Positions 49,844-60,821 of a stretch of 64,000 nucleotides of DNA are shown piece by piece. The stretch's first letter is position 1. Each line of letters starts with the position of its first letter. A model generated the notes under the pieces. It saw only the letters and a program-made list of their open reading frames with translations, was not told the origin of the DNA and ran no database searches. Both the position numbers and the translations under genes were made by a program. This stretch comes from Candidatus Sumerlaeia bacterium (GTDB lineage: Bacteria; Sumerlaeota; Sumerlaeia; SLMS01; JANRJK01): assembly GCA_033764015.1 (NCBI GenBank), contig JANRJK010000055.1:64001-128000 (forward strand), read 5' to 3'.

Positions 49844-50806
49844 ATGGGTCGCGACATCGAGAAGGTGGTGGTCGTCACGCGGCGCACGCGGCTGCAGCTC
49901 CTCGAGGAGCGCTACGCCACGCGCGAGCAGGCGCGCTTCGTCCTCACGCGGGGGGCGGAGCTGCGCGCCGGCACCGCGGACGGATCGGGGCGCGACCCGT
50001 CCCGGGACTTCGAGGACCTCGAAGCGGAGCACGCCACCTACCAGGAGGCGGTCGAGCGCGTCCTCGGGCAGATGGATCCCGCGCTCAAGGTGCAGGTGCT
50101 CGACCGCGCGCTCGTGCCGACGTTCCTCTTCACCGAGCGCGACGCCATCGTGGCGCTCGGCCAGGACGGCTTGGTGGCGAACGTCGCCAAGTACACTGGT
50201 GCGCAACCCATCATCGGCGTGAACCCGGACCCGGCCCGGATCGACGGCGTGCTGCTGCCGTTCCATGCGGGGGAGGTGGGGACCGTCCTCGCCGCGGTGC
50301 GGCGGCGCACGGCGCGCGTGCGCGAGGTGACGCTCGCGGAGGCGGTCCTCGACGACGGGCAGCGGATGCGCGCCTTCAACGAGCTGTTCATCGGCGCCAG
50401 CACCCACGTCTCCGCGCGCTACCGGATCCGCCACCACGGGTACGGCGAGGCGCAAAGCTCGAGCGGCGTGCTCGTCTGCACCGGCGCGGGGAGCACCGGC
50501 TGGCTTTCCAGCGTCTACACCATGGCGGGCGCGATCACGGGGACCGAGGCGCCGCGGGGCGTGCACCCGTGGGAGGACCAGGGGCTCACCTTCGTCGTGC
50601 GCGAGCCCTTCGTCAGCAAGACCTCCGGCGCGCAGGTCGTGTTCGGCCGCGTGATGCCGGGCGAGGCGCTCGTGGTCGAGTCGATGATGGCGGGGGAGGG
50701 CGTGATCTTCAGCGACGGGATCGAGAAGGACTTCTGCGCGTTTCCTTCGGGGCGCGTCGCCACGGTCGCGGCGGCGCCGGAGCGCGCGCGGCTGGTCGTG
50801 CGCTAG
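49844..50806 (+). CDS. NAD-kinase-fold protein
   Basis: VVTRRTRL, GQDGLVAN, AFNELFIG, QSSSGVLVCTGAGSTGW, VREPF, IFSDG. Confidence 0.8.
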   Translation: MGRDIEKVVVVTRRTRLQLLEERYATREQARFVLTRGAELRAGTADGSGRDPSRDFEDLEAEHATYQEAVERVLGQMDPALKVQVLDRALVPTFLFTERDAIVALGQDGLVANVAKYTGAQPIIGVNPDPARIDGVLLPFHAGEVGTVLAAVRRRTARVREVTLAEAVLDDGQRMRAFNELFIGASTHVSARYRIRHHGYGEAQSSSGVLVCTGAGSTGWLSSVYTMAGAITGTEAPRGVHPWEDQGLTFVVREPFVSKTSGAQVVFGRVMPGEALVVESMMAGEGVIFSDGIEKDFCAFPSGRVATVAAAPERARLVVR

Positions 50807-50817
50807 CGCGCGGCCCG

Positions 50818-51918
50818 CTACTCCGCGAGGCGCAGCTCCACGCGGCGGTTCAGGCGCCTTCCGGCGGCGGTGGCGTTGTCGGCGACGGGATCGTGGTAGG
50901 CGCGCGACGCGGCGCCGATGCGCTCCGGCGCGACGCCCGGCTGCGTCGAGAGCCAGCGGGCCACCTCGAGGGCGCGCTCCGCGGCGAGCTCCCAGTTGTC
51001 CGCGTAGGGCAGGCGCCCGATCGGCTGGCTGTCGGTGTGGCCGACCACCTCGACGCGGGTCGCGGGGCGCGCCCTCAGGAACTCGGCGATTTCGCGGAGC
51101 CTGCGCAGTCCGGTGTCCGAGAGCCGCGTGGTGGCAGGCTCGAAGAGGTCGTCGGACAGCAGCGTGACGGTTGCCGCGCCATCTTTGGTGCCGGTGATGC
51201 TCGAGAACTCCGGGAGCGCGGTCTTGATGGCCGCGCGGAGGGCTTCCGGATCGCCCGCGGCGGGCTTGGCGGCCTCCGCGGCCAGCCGCTCCTCGAGCGA
51301 CTTCTTCTCCGACTCGGCGGTCGCGACGACGCCCTTCAGGGTGGAGAGCTCCGCCTCGAGGGAGGCGATGCGCGCGGAGGACTCGGCGGCGGCCTTCTTG
51401 AGCGCGGTCACCTCGGCGCGGAACGCGTCGCGCTCCCCCTGCGCGAGCGCGAGGTCGCGGCGGGCGGCGTCGCTCCCTCCGGCGGCGGAATCGAGGCGGC
51501 GCTGCAGGTCCTCCTTCGCGCGGCGCTCCTCCGCGAGCCGCTCCTCGGCGTCCACGGCGCGCAGTTCCGTCGAGGCGAGGCGGGCGCTGAGCTCCTCCGC
51601 CTCGCGCTGGCGCGCCGCGAGGTCGTCGAGCGAAGTGCCCGGCGCGGGGGCCGAGGCGGGGGGCTGCGAAAGCTGGGCGACGGTGCCGCGGAGGCGCCCC
51701 GTCTGCGCGTCGAGCTGGGCGGCGCGCTGTTCCGCGGAGGCGAGCGCCGCGCGGGTCTCCTCGTGGCCCTGGCGCTCGACGTTCAGCTCCTGCGTGAGCA
51801 TGTCGACCCGGGTCGCGAGCATGTTGCGCTCGTCGCGCAGCGCGCGGGCCTGGAGGAAGCAGCCGGACTGGAGCGCGGCGGCGGCGAGAAGGGCGGCGGG
51901 GAGCAGGCGTCGGAGCAC
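50818..51918 (-). CDS. Lipoprotein with long coiled coil and OmpA/MotB-like C-terminal domain
   Basis: LQSGC lipobox, GHTD, NWELAAERA, NRRVEL. Confidence 0.85.
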   Translation of the reverse strand: MLRRLLPAALLAAAALQSGCFLQARALRDERNMLATRVDMLTQELNVERQGHEETRAALASAEQRAAQLDAQTGRLRGTVAQLSQPPASAPAPGTSLDDLAARQREAEELSARLASTELRAVDAEERLAEERRAKEDLQRRLDSAAGGSDAARRDLALAQGERDAFRAEVTALKKAAAESSARIASLEAELSTLKGVVATAESEKKSLEERLAAEAAKPAAGDPEALRAAIKTALPEFSSITGTKDGAATVTLLSDDLFEPATTRLSDTGLRRLREIAEFLRARPATRVEVVGHTDSQPIGRLPYADNWELAAERALEVARWLSTQPGVAPERIGAASRAYHDPVADNATAAGRRLNRRVELRLAE

Positions 51919-51949
51919 GGGCGGTGCCTCCTCGGGGGCGCGCGCGGAG

Positions 51950-53065
51950 CTAGCGCGGCGGGGTGTCGGCGCGGCGGCGGCTGACGCGCTCGGCGCGGTG
52001 CAGAACGGCGAACAGCAGCGCGATCGAGGCGGTCTGCAGCAGGCCGTGGCGCCAATCGAGTTGCCGCAGCGCCACCGCTGCAAGGCCAACCGCGAGGGCC
52101 ACCGCGTATAGCACCACCGCCGCCTCGCGCCGCGAGAAACCCAGCGCCACCAGCCGGTGCGAGATGTGGTTCGTGTCCCCTTCGGTGAGCTTCCTCCCCG
52201 TCCGCCACCGGATCCAGAGCACCGTCGAAAGGTCGAACAGCGGCACCGCCAGCACCAGCGCCGGCATCAGGATCGGGAGCCGGCTCGGCACGCCCTCCTC
52301 GTAGTACGTCGCGAGGCACGTCAGCATCGCGAACAGGTACCCGAGGTGCGTGCTGCCGTTGTCGCCGAGGAAGATCCCCCCGCGCAGGAAGTTCACCCGC
52401 CAGAAGCCCACCACGGAGCCGGCCAGCAGCGCGAACACCGCGGCCATGTACCACTCGCGGGCGAGCGCGGAAACGAGCGCCAGCACCGCGGCGCAGACGA
52501 TCGCGAGTCCGCTCGTCACGCCGTTCATGTTGTCCAGGAAGTTGAAGCTGTTCGTCAGCGCCAGCACCCACACCACGGTGGCGGCCCAGCCGAAGGGGGC
52601 CGGAAGGAACAGGTTGAGGTGGATGCCCGCGAGGATCGGCGGCACGCAGGCGAGGATCTGCGCCGCGAGCCGGAACCGGGGCGACAGACCGGCGCGGTCG
52701 TCCCAGGCGCCGACGGCGAAGATGATGGCGGCGCCGGCGAAGAGCGCCGCGAGCTGCGGCAGCTTACCCCCCGCGTTCGCCGCCAGCGCGCGCGCCTGCT
52801 CCGGCAGGAACTCCAGATGCGGCGCCAGATGGACCGCGAGCGCGGCGTCGAGCCAAAGGCATCCCCAGAACGCTGCGAAGATCGCGAGGCCGCCGCTGCG
52901 GGGCGTCGGCTCCCGGTGGATCTTGCGCTCGAGCGTCGGGTGGTCCACCAGCCCGAGCCGGCGCCCGAGCACCCGCGCCGCGGGAAGCAGGATCGCGCCC
53001 GCGAGGGCGGCCTGGAGGAAGGCCGCGCCGGCGAGCAGCCAGAAGGCCAGCGCGGGATCGGTCAA
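51950..53065 (-). CDS. WecA/TagO (MraY-family) GlcNAc-1-phosphate transferase
   Basis: RKIH..PRSGG, GAWDD, NSFNFLDNMNG, FLGDNG, HISHRL. Confidence 0.9.
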   Translation of the reverse strand: MTDPALAFWLLAGAAFLQAALAGAILLPAARVLGRRLGLVDHPTLERKIHREPTPRSGGLAIFAAFWGCLWLDAALAVHLAPHLEFLPEQARALAANAGGKLPQLAALFAGAAIIFAVGAWDDRAGLSPRFRLAAQILACVPPILAGIHLNLFLPAPFGWAATVVWVLALTNSFNFLDNMNGVTSGLAIVCAAVLALVSALAREWYMAAVFALLAGSVVGFWRVNFLRGGIFLGDNGSTHLGYLFAMLTCLATYYEEGVPSRLPILMPALVLAVPLFDLSTVLWIRWRTGRKLTEGDTNHISHRLVALGFSRREAAVVLYAVALAVGLAAVALRQLDWRHGLLQTASIALLFAVLHRAERVSRRRADTPPR

Positions 53066-53075
53066 CGCGGCGCTG

Positions 53076-53831
53076 TCAGGACGCCAGATGCCCGGCGCCC
53101 GCGGGCGCCGCGCCGGTCTCGCCCTCCGCGAGCGCCTCGCGGACGCGCTCCGCGCCGCCCTCCTCGAGCCAGCGGAGCACCTCGCGCGGCGCCTGCAGCG
53201 TGCGGTTCAGCTCGAGCGCGCGCTCGAGGCTGCGCTTGGCCTCCTCGACGTCGCCGTTCTTCGCCTGGTAGATCCCGAGGTTCGAGTGGCTCTCGGCCTC
53301 GGACACGACGTTGCTCCACGCCGAAAGAGCGGCGTCGTAGTTGCGCTCCTCCGCCTCGAGGCGGGCGAGGTTCGACCACGCGAGGCGGTTCTTCGGATCG
53401 ATGAGGACCGCCTTGGTGTATTGTTCGCGGGCGCGGTCGACGCGTCCGAGCGACTGCTGGAAGAACCCGTAGTCGTTTTCCAAGTCCGCGTTGCGGGGTG
53501 TCTCCTTCAGCGCCTTCTGGAACTCCTCGTCGGTGGCCCGCTCGTCGCCGGTCTGGCCGTAGAGGATCATCAGCCGGTGGGAGATGCCGCGGAGCTTCGG
53601 GTTCGCCGCGCGCGCGGTTTCGTACTGCCGGATGGCGTCCTCGGTGAGGCCGTTGGCGTCGTACTCGCGGGCCGTGGCGAGGGACGCTTCGGCGAGCTGG
53701 CTCCCGTCGAGTTCGCTGACGATCAGGCGGTCGTTTCCGGTGCCGACGGTGGCGACGTCCTTCCGCCCGCAGGAGGCGAGGGCGAGGACGAGGGCCGCGG
53801 CGGCTACGGCGCGGGAAAGAGATGTGTGCAT
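53076..53831 (-). CDS. TPR lipoprotein
   Basis: LASC lipobox and several TPR units. Confidence 0.8.
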   Translation of the reverse strand: MHTSLSRAVAAAALVLALASCGRKDVATVGTGNDRLIVSELDGSQLAEASLATAREYDANGLTEDAIRQYETARAANPKLRGISHRLMILYGQTGDERATDEEFQKALKETPRNADLENDYGFFQQSLGRVDRAREQYTKAVLIDPKNRLAWSNLARLEAEERNYDAALSAWSNVVSEAESHSNLGIYQAKNGDVEEAKRSLERALELNRTLQAPREVLRWLEEGGAERVREALAEGETGAAPAGAGHLAS

Positions 53832-53926
53832 GGGGAGGCTCTCCGTGGCGGCGGGTCTGCGCGCAGGATGCGTGCGGGCGCGGCGGAACGCAAGCGCGGG
53901 GGTGTGGCTGGAGTGTTCGGAGGTTG

Positions 53927-54003
53927 TGGTACCGGAGGGGGGATTCGAACCCCCGACCTGCGGGTTATGAATCCGCCGCTCTCACCAACTGAGCTACCCC
54001 GGC
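53927..54003 (-). tRNA. tRNA with CAT anticodon, probably elongator tRNA-Met
   Basis: GCCGGGGTAGCTCAG..TTCATAA..GGTTCGAATCC..ACCA. Confidence 0.88.
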
Positions 54004-54009
54004 ACCGGG

Positions 54010-54042
54010 AAAAACAGCGCCCGTGTCGCAACGGGCGCTGTT
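54010..54042 (-). terminator. Terminator-like hairpin between the two tRNAs
   Basis: 12-bp stem aacagcgcccgt / acgggcgctgtt ending in T5 on the minus strand. Confidence 0.6.
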
Positions 54043-54053
54043 CTCGGAAAATC

Positions 54054-54129
<76 letters not shown>

Positions 54130-54212
54130 TCAGTCCTGCTCACGCAGGAGTCGAGGAGCTTCTCACAACGCGTAGGGCGGTCAAGCGCCATCTTCGCGAA
54201 ATCGACCGCGCG

Positions 54213-55007
54213 CTATTCCGCGGCCAGGCGCCCGGCGGCCCGCCGCAGGAAGAACCGAAGCAGCCACGCCTCCGCCGCGATCAGCGGCCCCCCGAAAGCC
54301 AGCATCATCGTGGCCACATCGCGGAGCGCGCTCTCACCGAGCGGCCATAAAAGCTGGGCGACGCTGTTCGACAGGTCCTCCCAGAGCAGCCAGGAGACCC
54401 CGAAGAGCGCCGCGAAGCCGAGCGCCTGAAGCGCGCCCAGCATCGCGCCCCGGTGCGCCAGCGCGCGCTCAAGCGCCACCGCGGCCATCATCGCCACGAA
54501 GAGCAAATCTTCCAGCACCGCCAGGACGGTGACGAAGAGGCCCCCCACCAGCGACTCGATCCGCGGGAACGGGCCGTCCACGAAGAGCTTGGCGTAGGAG
54601 TCGTAGAGCCCCCAGTACGCGTAGGCGCCGAGGAGCGCGTTCGCCGGCAGCAGGAACGCCAGCGGCCAGTAGAGCTTCGCGCGGACCACGTCCGCCGCGG
54701 TGAGCGCGGTCGTGCGCAGCTCCTGCCACTCGTGCTCCCACTCCGGGTGCGGCACCACCAGGCGCGTGGCGTAGATCGCGATGAAGAGGTCGGGGCGCAG
54801 CACGAAGCCCGCCATGGAGAGAGCCAGCAGCGCATTTCCCGGCAGCGGTGGCGGCCAGGCGAAGGCGGCCTCGAGCAGCCAGACCTTGAAGAACCAGTTC
54901 GCCGGCAGCCAGAGCAGCGCGAGCACCGCCAGGATCGCGGGCCCGCGCGCGCGCAGCCGCGCGCCCTCGCGGCGCCGTGCCGCGCGCCATGCCGGTGGCG
55001 CGGTCAG
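54213..55007 (-). CDS. Multi-TM hypothetical protein (ABC-2 permease-like); start uncertain
   Basis: About 6 hydrophobic segments, [18 protein letters not shown]. Confidence 0.6.
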   Translation of the reverse strand: MTAPPAWRAARRREGARLRARGPAILAVLALLWLPANWFFKVWLLEAAFAWPPPLPGNALLALSMAGFVLRPDLFIAIYATRLVVPHPEWEHEWQELRTTALTAADVVRAKLYWPLAFLLPANALLGAYAYWGLYDSYAKLFVDGPFPRIESLVGGLFVTVLAVLEDLLFVAMMAAVALERALAHRGAMLGALQALGFAALFGVSWLLWEDLSNSVAQLLWPLGESALRDVATMMLAFGGPLIAAEAWLLRFFLRRAAGRLAAE

Positions 55008-56128
55008 TGGCCGTTCCGGTGCCGCCCGCCGCCGCATCCGCCGCCGCCGTTGCAGCACCCGCCGCCACCCGAGCATCCGCCCGCGCCGTGGTGGTGGCCG
55101 TGCCCGTGCTCGTGGTCGTGGTGGTCGTGGTCGTGGTGATGGTGGCCGTGCGCGTCGTGGTGGTGCTGCCCGCCGGCGCGCTCCTCGTGCATGCCAAGCG
55201 CCGCCAGCAGCGCGCGGTCCCCGGCGCCGGGGTTCGGCGTGGTGAGCAGCTTCTCGCCGGTGAAGATCGAGTTGGCGCCGGCGAAGAACGCCATCGCCTG
55301 CAACTCGCGGCTCATTTCCATGCGCCCGGCGGAAAGCCGCACGCGGCTCTCCGGCATCAGGATCCGCGCGGTCGCGATGCAGCGGATCAGCTCGAGCGGG
55401 TCGATCTCGTCCACATGCTCCAGAGGCGTGCCCGGCACGCGCACCAGCATGTTGATGGGCACCGACTCCGGGTGCGGATCGAGCGACGCGAGCGCGTGCA
55501 GCATGCCGACGCGGTCCTCGCGCGACTCGCCCATGCCGATGATCCCGCCGGTGCAGACCTGCACGCCCGCCTCGCGCACGTAGGAGATCGTCCGCAGGCG
55601 GTCCTCGAAGGTGCGCGTGGTGATGATCTTGCCGTAATACTCCGGCGACGTGTCGATGTTGTGGTTGTAGGCGGTGAGCCCCGCCTCGGCCAGTCGCCGC
55701 GCCTGGTCCTGCGTCAGCAGTCCCAGCGTCACGCACGCCTCCATGCCGCGGGCGCGGATGCCGCGCACCATGTCGAGCACGCGCTCGAACTCCGCCTCGT
55801 TCCGCGGGCCGCGCCAGGCGGCGCCGAGGCACACGCGCGTCGAGCCGTTCGCCTTCGCCGCGTCCGCCGCGGCGAGCACCTCCTCGAGGCTCTCGAGGCC
55901 GTACTCCTCGATCCCCGTGTCGTTGTGCGCGCTCTGCGGGCAGTACTTGCAGTCCTCCGGGCAGCGTCCCGACTTGATGTTCTCCAGCGTGCAGAACTGC
56001 ACCGCCAGCGGATCGTGGTGCTCGCGGTGCACCAGCGCCGCCTGGATCAGCAGGTCCGGAAAGGGCTGGGTGAAGATCGCGCGCACTTCGTCGCGGGTGA
56101 TCTGGGGCAGGGCGGCGGTGGTGGACAT
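55004..56128 (-). CDS. bioB: Biotin synthase with His/Cys/Gly-rich tail
   Basis: [54 protein letters not shown]. Confidence 0.95.
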   Translation of the reverse strand: MSTTAALPQITRDEVRAIFTQPFPDLLIQAALVHREHHDPLAVQFCTLENIKSGRCPEDCKYCPQSAHNDTGIEEYGLESLEEVLAAADAAKANGSTRVCLGAAWRGPRNEAEFERVLDMVRGIRARGMEACVTLGLLTQDQARRLAEAGLTAYNHNIDTSPEYYGKIITTRTFEDRLRTISYVREAGVQVCTGGIIGMGESREDRVGMLHALASLDPHPESVPINMLVRVPGTPLEHVDEIDPLELIRCIATARILMPESRVRLSAGRMEMSRELQAMAFFAGANSIFTGEKLLTTPNPGAGDRALLAALGMHEERAGGQHHHDAHGHHHHDHDHHDHEHGHGHHHGAGGCSGGGGCCNGGGGCGGGRHRNGH

Positions 56129-56213
56129 CGTTGCTCCGTCGGGTGCTTCGGTTCGAGGCGGCAGGGTCGCCGCGGAGGTCGCTCGCGGCAAGGAAAAAGG
56201 ACTAAGGCGCGCG

Positions 56214-58238
56214 CTATTGACCGCTTTCCAGCCGGTCCAGATCCGCCACGAACAGCAGCTCGTCCCCGGCCACCCGCGCGCCCGCCAGCATGTTGACCAG
56301 TTCCTCGAAGCGGGCCCACTCCGCGTCGGTGAAGCGCGGACGGAAGTACGCCGCCGCGTACAGCCGCAGCTCCGCGAGGTTCACGAGGGCGTAACGGTAC
56401 CCCTCCCGGCGGATCGCCCAGACCACGGGCTGGTCGGTGCCCGCCTTGCGGATCAGCGCGAGGACCAGCGGCGTGTCGAACCAGTCGCTCGAAGCGGGCT
56501 TGTAGGACTCCGCGTAGGCGGCGCGGTGCTCGCCGATGTAGAGCACCGGGCGCGGGAACGAGTCGTCCGCGAGGAGCTGGTTCAACGTCTCGACCATCGG
56601 GAAGGCGTTGAAGGCGAGCGTGACCTGCTCGACGCGGTCCGCGAGCGCGCCCGCCGCCGCGTTCGGCGACGAGTTGCGGTAGAACCACTGGGCGCTCCAC
56701 AGCAGACCCGGCAGCGCCAGCCCCCACGCCACGGCCAGCGCGCGGCGCCGCTCCGGCAGCAGCGCCGCCAGCGCCGCGCCCCCCGCCGCCGCCAGCAGCA
56801 GCAGCACCGGCAGCAGGAAGCGGACGGACTGGTAGCCCGCGAACCACAGCAGCCACCCCGCCGCCGCGAGCGCCGCCACCGGGAGCGCGTCGCGCCGCCG
56901 CCCCCCGCGCCAAATCCACCACGCCAGCAGCGCCAGTAACGGAATCAGCGCCGGACCGGGATGGTGCGCCTCGAACCGGATCCAATGCACCGACACGTTC
57001 CATGGCGACTTCAGCAGCGCCGCGGCGCCGCGCCCCATGCCCTTCTCCGCCGCCTTCGCCGAGTAGAACTCCTGGTTCGCCGGGGTCCACTCTCCGCGCC
57101 CGATCCGGTCGCCCAGCGCCGGGTACACCGGGTTGCCGACGTTCACCATGTTGCGAACGAGGAAGGGCGATGCGGGCAGCACCGCGAGCACGCCTGCGGC
57201 GGCCAATCCCCCGGACCATGCGAGGTAACGTGGCGCGGGCGTCGCGCCTGCGTTCTCCGTGGTGGCTCCAGCCCACACCACCCGCGCCGCGCAAGCCAGC
57301 AACGCCATCGCGGCGAAGGGTCCAGCGCTCAGCTTGAACGCCACCGCGAGCCCCGCGAGCAGCCCGCACCACGCGAGCGCCGCGCGCGCGCGCTCCGGCT
57401 CCGCGTGCCACGCGACAGCGAGCGCCGCCACCAGCGCCGCCGCGGAGGCCACATCGCTGAAGGGCCACACCATGACGATCAGCAGCACGGGGACGCCGCC
57501 CGCCAGCGCCATCGCCGCCGCCCGCGCGGTCGCGTCGCCCCCCGACAGCGCCCGCGCCAGAGCCCCGAGGCACCAAACCCCGCAGACGCCGAACAGCCAG
57601 TGGAGCACGGGGTAGGCCGCATGGTTCGACATCGCCGGCGCCGCCAGCAGCGCGAGCTGCGCCGGCAGGTTCGTGAACGCGTTGTAGGGGAGGTACGAGA
57701 AGAAGCCCTCGCGCGCGAACAGCTCCGCCGCCACCAAGTGGTAGCGCAGGCCGTCGCTCTGCACCGGCGGCCCCAGCGCCGCGGGGAGCGCCACCAGCAG
57801 CGGCGCCAGCGCCAGCAGCGCCGCGCGCTCCGGCGGACCCGACACGCCCCGGCACGCGCAGCGCATCTGCATCGCCCCCGCCACCGCCAGCGGCGCCAGC
57901 ACCACCGGCAACAACAGGTGGTTGAACATCGGCACCTCCGCCGACGCGAACGCCAGCGGCCAACCGATCAGCGCCGCGCCGGCGAAAAGCCGCAGCGCCT
58001 CCGCCTCGCTCCGGCGGAACGCGGCGGGCAGGCGGACGAAGCGCTCGAACAAGCCGCCGACGCCCCGGCACGCGAGCGCGACGAACGCAGCCCAGCCCAC
58101 CGCCCGGCCCGCGCGCGACAACCCGCCCGCCACATCCCAGCCAGCCACCGCACCCGGCCGCCCCCACGCCATCCCCCAGCCCAGCCAGGCGATCACGAAC
58201 GCAGCGACGACAGCGATGATGGGAAAGGTTCGGGTCAT
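56214..58238 (-). CDS. Multi-TM GT-C-like membrane protein
   Basis: [29 protein letters not shown]; many TMs. Confidence 0.65.
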   Translation of the reverse strand: MTRTFPIIAVVAAFVIAWLGWGMAWGRPGAVAGWDVAGGLSRAGRAVGWAAFVALACRGVGGLFERFVRLPAAFRRSEAEALRLFAGAALIGWPLAFASAEVPMFNHLLLPVVLAPLAVAGAMQMRCACRGVSGPPERAALLALAPLLVALPAALGPPVQSDGLRYHLVAAELFAREGFFSYLPYNAFTNLPAQLALLAAPAMSNHAAYPVLHWLFGVCGVWCLGALARALSGGDATARAAAMALAGGVPVLLIVMVWPFSDVASAAALVAALAVAWHAEPERARAALAWCGLLAGLAVAFKLSAGPFAAMALLACAARVVWAGATTENAGATPAPRYLAWSGGLAAAGVLAVLPASPFLVRNMVNVGNPVYPALGDRIGRGEWTPANQEFYSAKAAEKGMGRGAAALLKSPWNVSVHWIRFEAHHPGPALIPLLALLAWWIWRGGRRRDALPVAALAAAGWLLWFAGYQSVRFLLPVLLLLAAAGGAALAALLPERRRALAVAWGLALPGLLWSAQWFYRNSSPNAAAGALADRVEQVTLAFNAFPMVETLNQLLADDSFPRPVLYIGEHRAAYAESYKPASSDWFDTPLVLALIRKAGTDQPVVWAIRREGYRYALVNLAELRLYAAAYFRPRFTDAEWARFEELVNMLAGARVAGDELLFVADLDRLESGQ

Positions 58239-58341
58239 GGAGGGCTCGGCGGGGAGGCGCTCAACCAACTGCTCTGCGAGCTTGAATCAACCGCCGCGCC
58301 GGTGGCAGGCAATCCGACCGTACGGACCGCGGGCGGGTCGA

Positions 58342-59472
58342 CTACGCGCTCACCAGCCCGCGCTTGCGCAGCTCCGCGTCCGCCTGCGCGACTTGGTCGC
58401 GCGCTTCCTGCGTCTCGCCCCAGGCGGCCAAGTCGCGGAGCCCCTGTTCCAAGCTGATCGCCGGCTCGAAGCCGAGCGCGCGCAGCCGCGAGGTGTCCGC
58501 GTAGCAGTGACGGATGTCGCCGTTGCGGTAGCGGCGCGTCACTTCCGGCTCGAGATCCGCGCGGCCGTACAGCTTCGCGATCGTGTAAGCGAGGTCGTAA
58601 ATCGTTGTGGGGCGTCCGGTGCCGATGTTGACCGGCTCGTGGTTCGCGCGGGGGTCTTCGAGCAGGTGGATCTTCGCGCGGACCAGGTCGCGGACGTCGA
58701 TGAAGTCGCGGCACTGGGCGCCGTCCTCGTAGATCAGCGGGCGGTTGCCGTTCTTCACGCGAGAACTGAAGATCGCCGCCGCGCCGGTGTACGGGTTCGA
58801 AAGGCTCTGCCGCGAACCGTACACGTTGAAGTAGCGCGCCGCCACGCACGGGATGCGGTACGCGCGCGCGAGGATCAGCGAGTACTCCTCCTGGTCCTTC
58901 TTCGACTGCGCATAGACCGACGTGCAGTAAAGCGGCTTCGATTCCGGCGTGGGGACCGGTTCGAGCGCCTCTCCGGTCTCCGGGTCGAGCGGGTCGAAGG
59001 CGCCGGCCTTGAGCTGCTCCTCCGTGCGGAGCGCGGGCGTGCGCAGCGCGCCGTCTGACGGGCGCCGGTAGAGGCCCTCGCCGTAGATGCTCATGCTCGA
59101 CGCCATCAGCAGGCGCTCGACCGACGTCTTCTCGTTCACCAGGATGTCGAGCAGCGTCGCGGTGCCGCCCACGTTGTGGTCGATGTAGCGCTGGATTTCG
59201 TACTGCGACTGGCCGACGCCGACCTGCGCCGCGTCGTGGACCACGGCGTCGATGCCCTCGAGCGCCTTCAGCAGCGCCGCGCGGTCGCGGACGTCGCCGC
59301 GGATGAACTCGGCCTCGCGGGTCAGGTAATCCGGCGGCGCGTCGACGGCGCCGTGCACTTGCGGCTCGAGGCAGTCGAACACGCGCACGCGGTAGCCGCG
59401 TTCGAGGAGCGCGTCGACCAGGTGCGATCCGATGAATCCGGCGCCGCCGGTGACGAGGACGTGCTTGAACAT
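58342..59472 (-). CDS. NAD-dependent nucleotide-sugar epimerase/dehydratase
   Basis: TGGAGFIG, YAQSK, RYFNVYG, RDFIDV, GDIRH. Confidence 0.92.
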   Translation of the reverse strand: MFKHVLVTGGAGFIGSHLVDALLERGYRVRVFDCLEPQVHGAVDAPPDYLTREAEFIRGDVRDRAALLKALEGIDAVVHDAAQVGVGQSQYEIQRYIDHNVGGTATLLDILVNEKTSVERLLMASSMSIYGEGLYRRPSDGALRTPALRTEEQLKAGAFDPLDPETGEALEPVPTPESKPLYCTSVYAQSKKDQEEYSLILARAYRIPCVAARYFNVYGSRQSLSNPYTGAAAIFSSRVKNGNRPLIYEDGAQCRDFIDVRDLVRAKIHLLEDPRANHEPVNIGTGRPTTIYDLAYTIAKLYGRADLEPEVTRRYRNGDIRHCYADTSRLRALGFEPAISLEQGLRDLAAWGETQEARDQVAQADAELRKRGLVSA

Positions 59473-59500
59473 GGGTGCTCCGGTCTGTTGTCGGCGGCCC

Positions 59501-60553
59501 TCAGCCGGCGCCCTGTGCGGCGACTTCGTGCTTCGTGATGTTGCCTTCCTGGATGCGCTCGGCGTGGTGGCAGCGGACCAGGTGCCCCGGGCGCAACTCG
59601 CGCATTTCGGGCGATTCGGCGATGCACTCGGGCGTCGAGAAGGGGCAGCGCGGGTGGAAGCGGCAGCCGCTCGGGTGCCGCGCCGGGCTCGGCACCGCGC
59701 CCTTGATCGGGTTCAGCCGCTGCTTGCCGTCCGCCTCCGTGGTGCGCGGGCGCGACGCCAGCAGCCCCAGCGTGTAGGGGTGCAGCGGCGCCTCGAACAA
59801 CTCGTCGGTCTCCGCGTACTCGACCACCTGCCCGGCGTACATCACGGCGACTTCGTCGCTGATCTCCGCGATCACGCCGAGGTCGTGCGTGATCATCATG
59901 ATCGAGGACCCGAAGTCCTCCTTCAGCTTCTGCATCAGGTCGAGGATCTGCGCCTGCACCGTCACGTCGAGCGCGGTCGTCGGCTCGTCCGCGATCAGGA
60001 GCTCCGGGTTGCAGGCGAGCGCCATGGCGATCACGACGCGCTGCCGCATGCCGCCGGAAAGCTGGTGCGGGTAGTCGTGCACGCGCTTCGCCGCGGCGGG
60101 GATGCGGACCAGCTCGAGCATCCGCACCGCCTCCTTGATCGACTGCGACTTGCCCATGCCCTGGTGCGTGCGGAACACCTCGCCGATCTGGTCGCCGATC
60201 GTGAAGACGGGGTTCAGCGACGTCATCGGCTCCTGGAAGATCATCGAGATCTGGTTGCCGCGGATGCGCCGCATCTCCTTCTGCGAGAGCTGCAGCAGGT
60301 CCTCGTCCTTGAACCAGATTTCCCCGGTTTCGATCTTGCCGGGGGGCATCGGGATCAGGCGCAGGATCGTGAGCGAGGTGACCGACTTGCCGCAGCCGGA
60401 CTCCCCGACGATCCCGAGCGTGCGCCGCCGGTGCACGGCGAAGGAGACGCCGTCGACCGCCTTCGACACCCCCGTGTCGCTGTAGAAGTAGGTGCGCAGG
60501 TTGTTCACCTGCAGCAGGGGTGCCTCGCCGTTGTCCTTGCCGTTCGCCGCCAT
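59501..60553 (-). CDS. Peptide ABC transporter ATP-binding protein (OppD/DppD)
   Basis: [36 protein letters not shown]. Confidence 0.92.
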   Translation of the reverse strand: MAANGKDNGEAPLLQVNNLRTYFYSDTGVSKAVDGVSFAVHRRRTLGIVGESGCGKSVTSLTILRLIPMPPGKIETGEIWFKDEDLLQLSQKEMRRIRGNQISMIFQEPMTSLNPVFTIGDQIGEVFRTHQGMGKSQSIKEAVRMLELVRIPAAAKRVHDYPHQLSGGMRQRVVIAMALACNPELLIADEPTTALDVTVQAQILDLMQKLKEDFGSSIMMITHDLGVIAEISDEVAVMYAGQVVEYAETDELFEAPLHPYTLGLLASRPRTTEADGKQRLNPIKGAVPSPARHPSGCRFHPRCPFSTPECIAESPEMRELRPGHLVRCHHAERIQEGNITKHEVAAQGAG

Positions 60554-60821
60554 CGCGTTCCGATCCGTGGGTCGCGTCAGATGAACCGCAACGGTGCGTG
60601 GCGCGGGCGCCACGGTCAAGCGCCGAAGGACGGGGGGGGTGCAGGCCCCGTTCAGGGCCGCGAAGCCGGGAGCAAAGAATCTCGAATGGAGGCGCCCCCC
60701 CGCTCAGAGCGTTATCGCCCCGCGTCCCGCCCGGGGACCCTCCTCCCGCTTTCCCTTTGTCGCGGTGCCTTCCCTCCGGGATAGTCCCACCGCATCCCAC
60801 CCGCGCAGGACGGAGACGCCG

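Noticed and set aside
50818..51918. Flagellar stator MotB
   Set aside because: Lipobox instead of an Asp-containing TM helix, and no motA
55020..55170. Short tandem repeats or CRISPR-like periodicity
   Set aside because: Explained by His and Gly codon runs in the BioB tail; no repeat-spacer array seen anywhere
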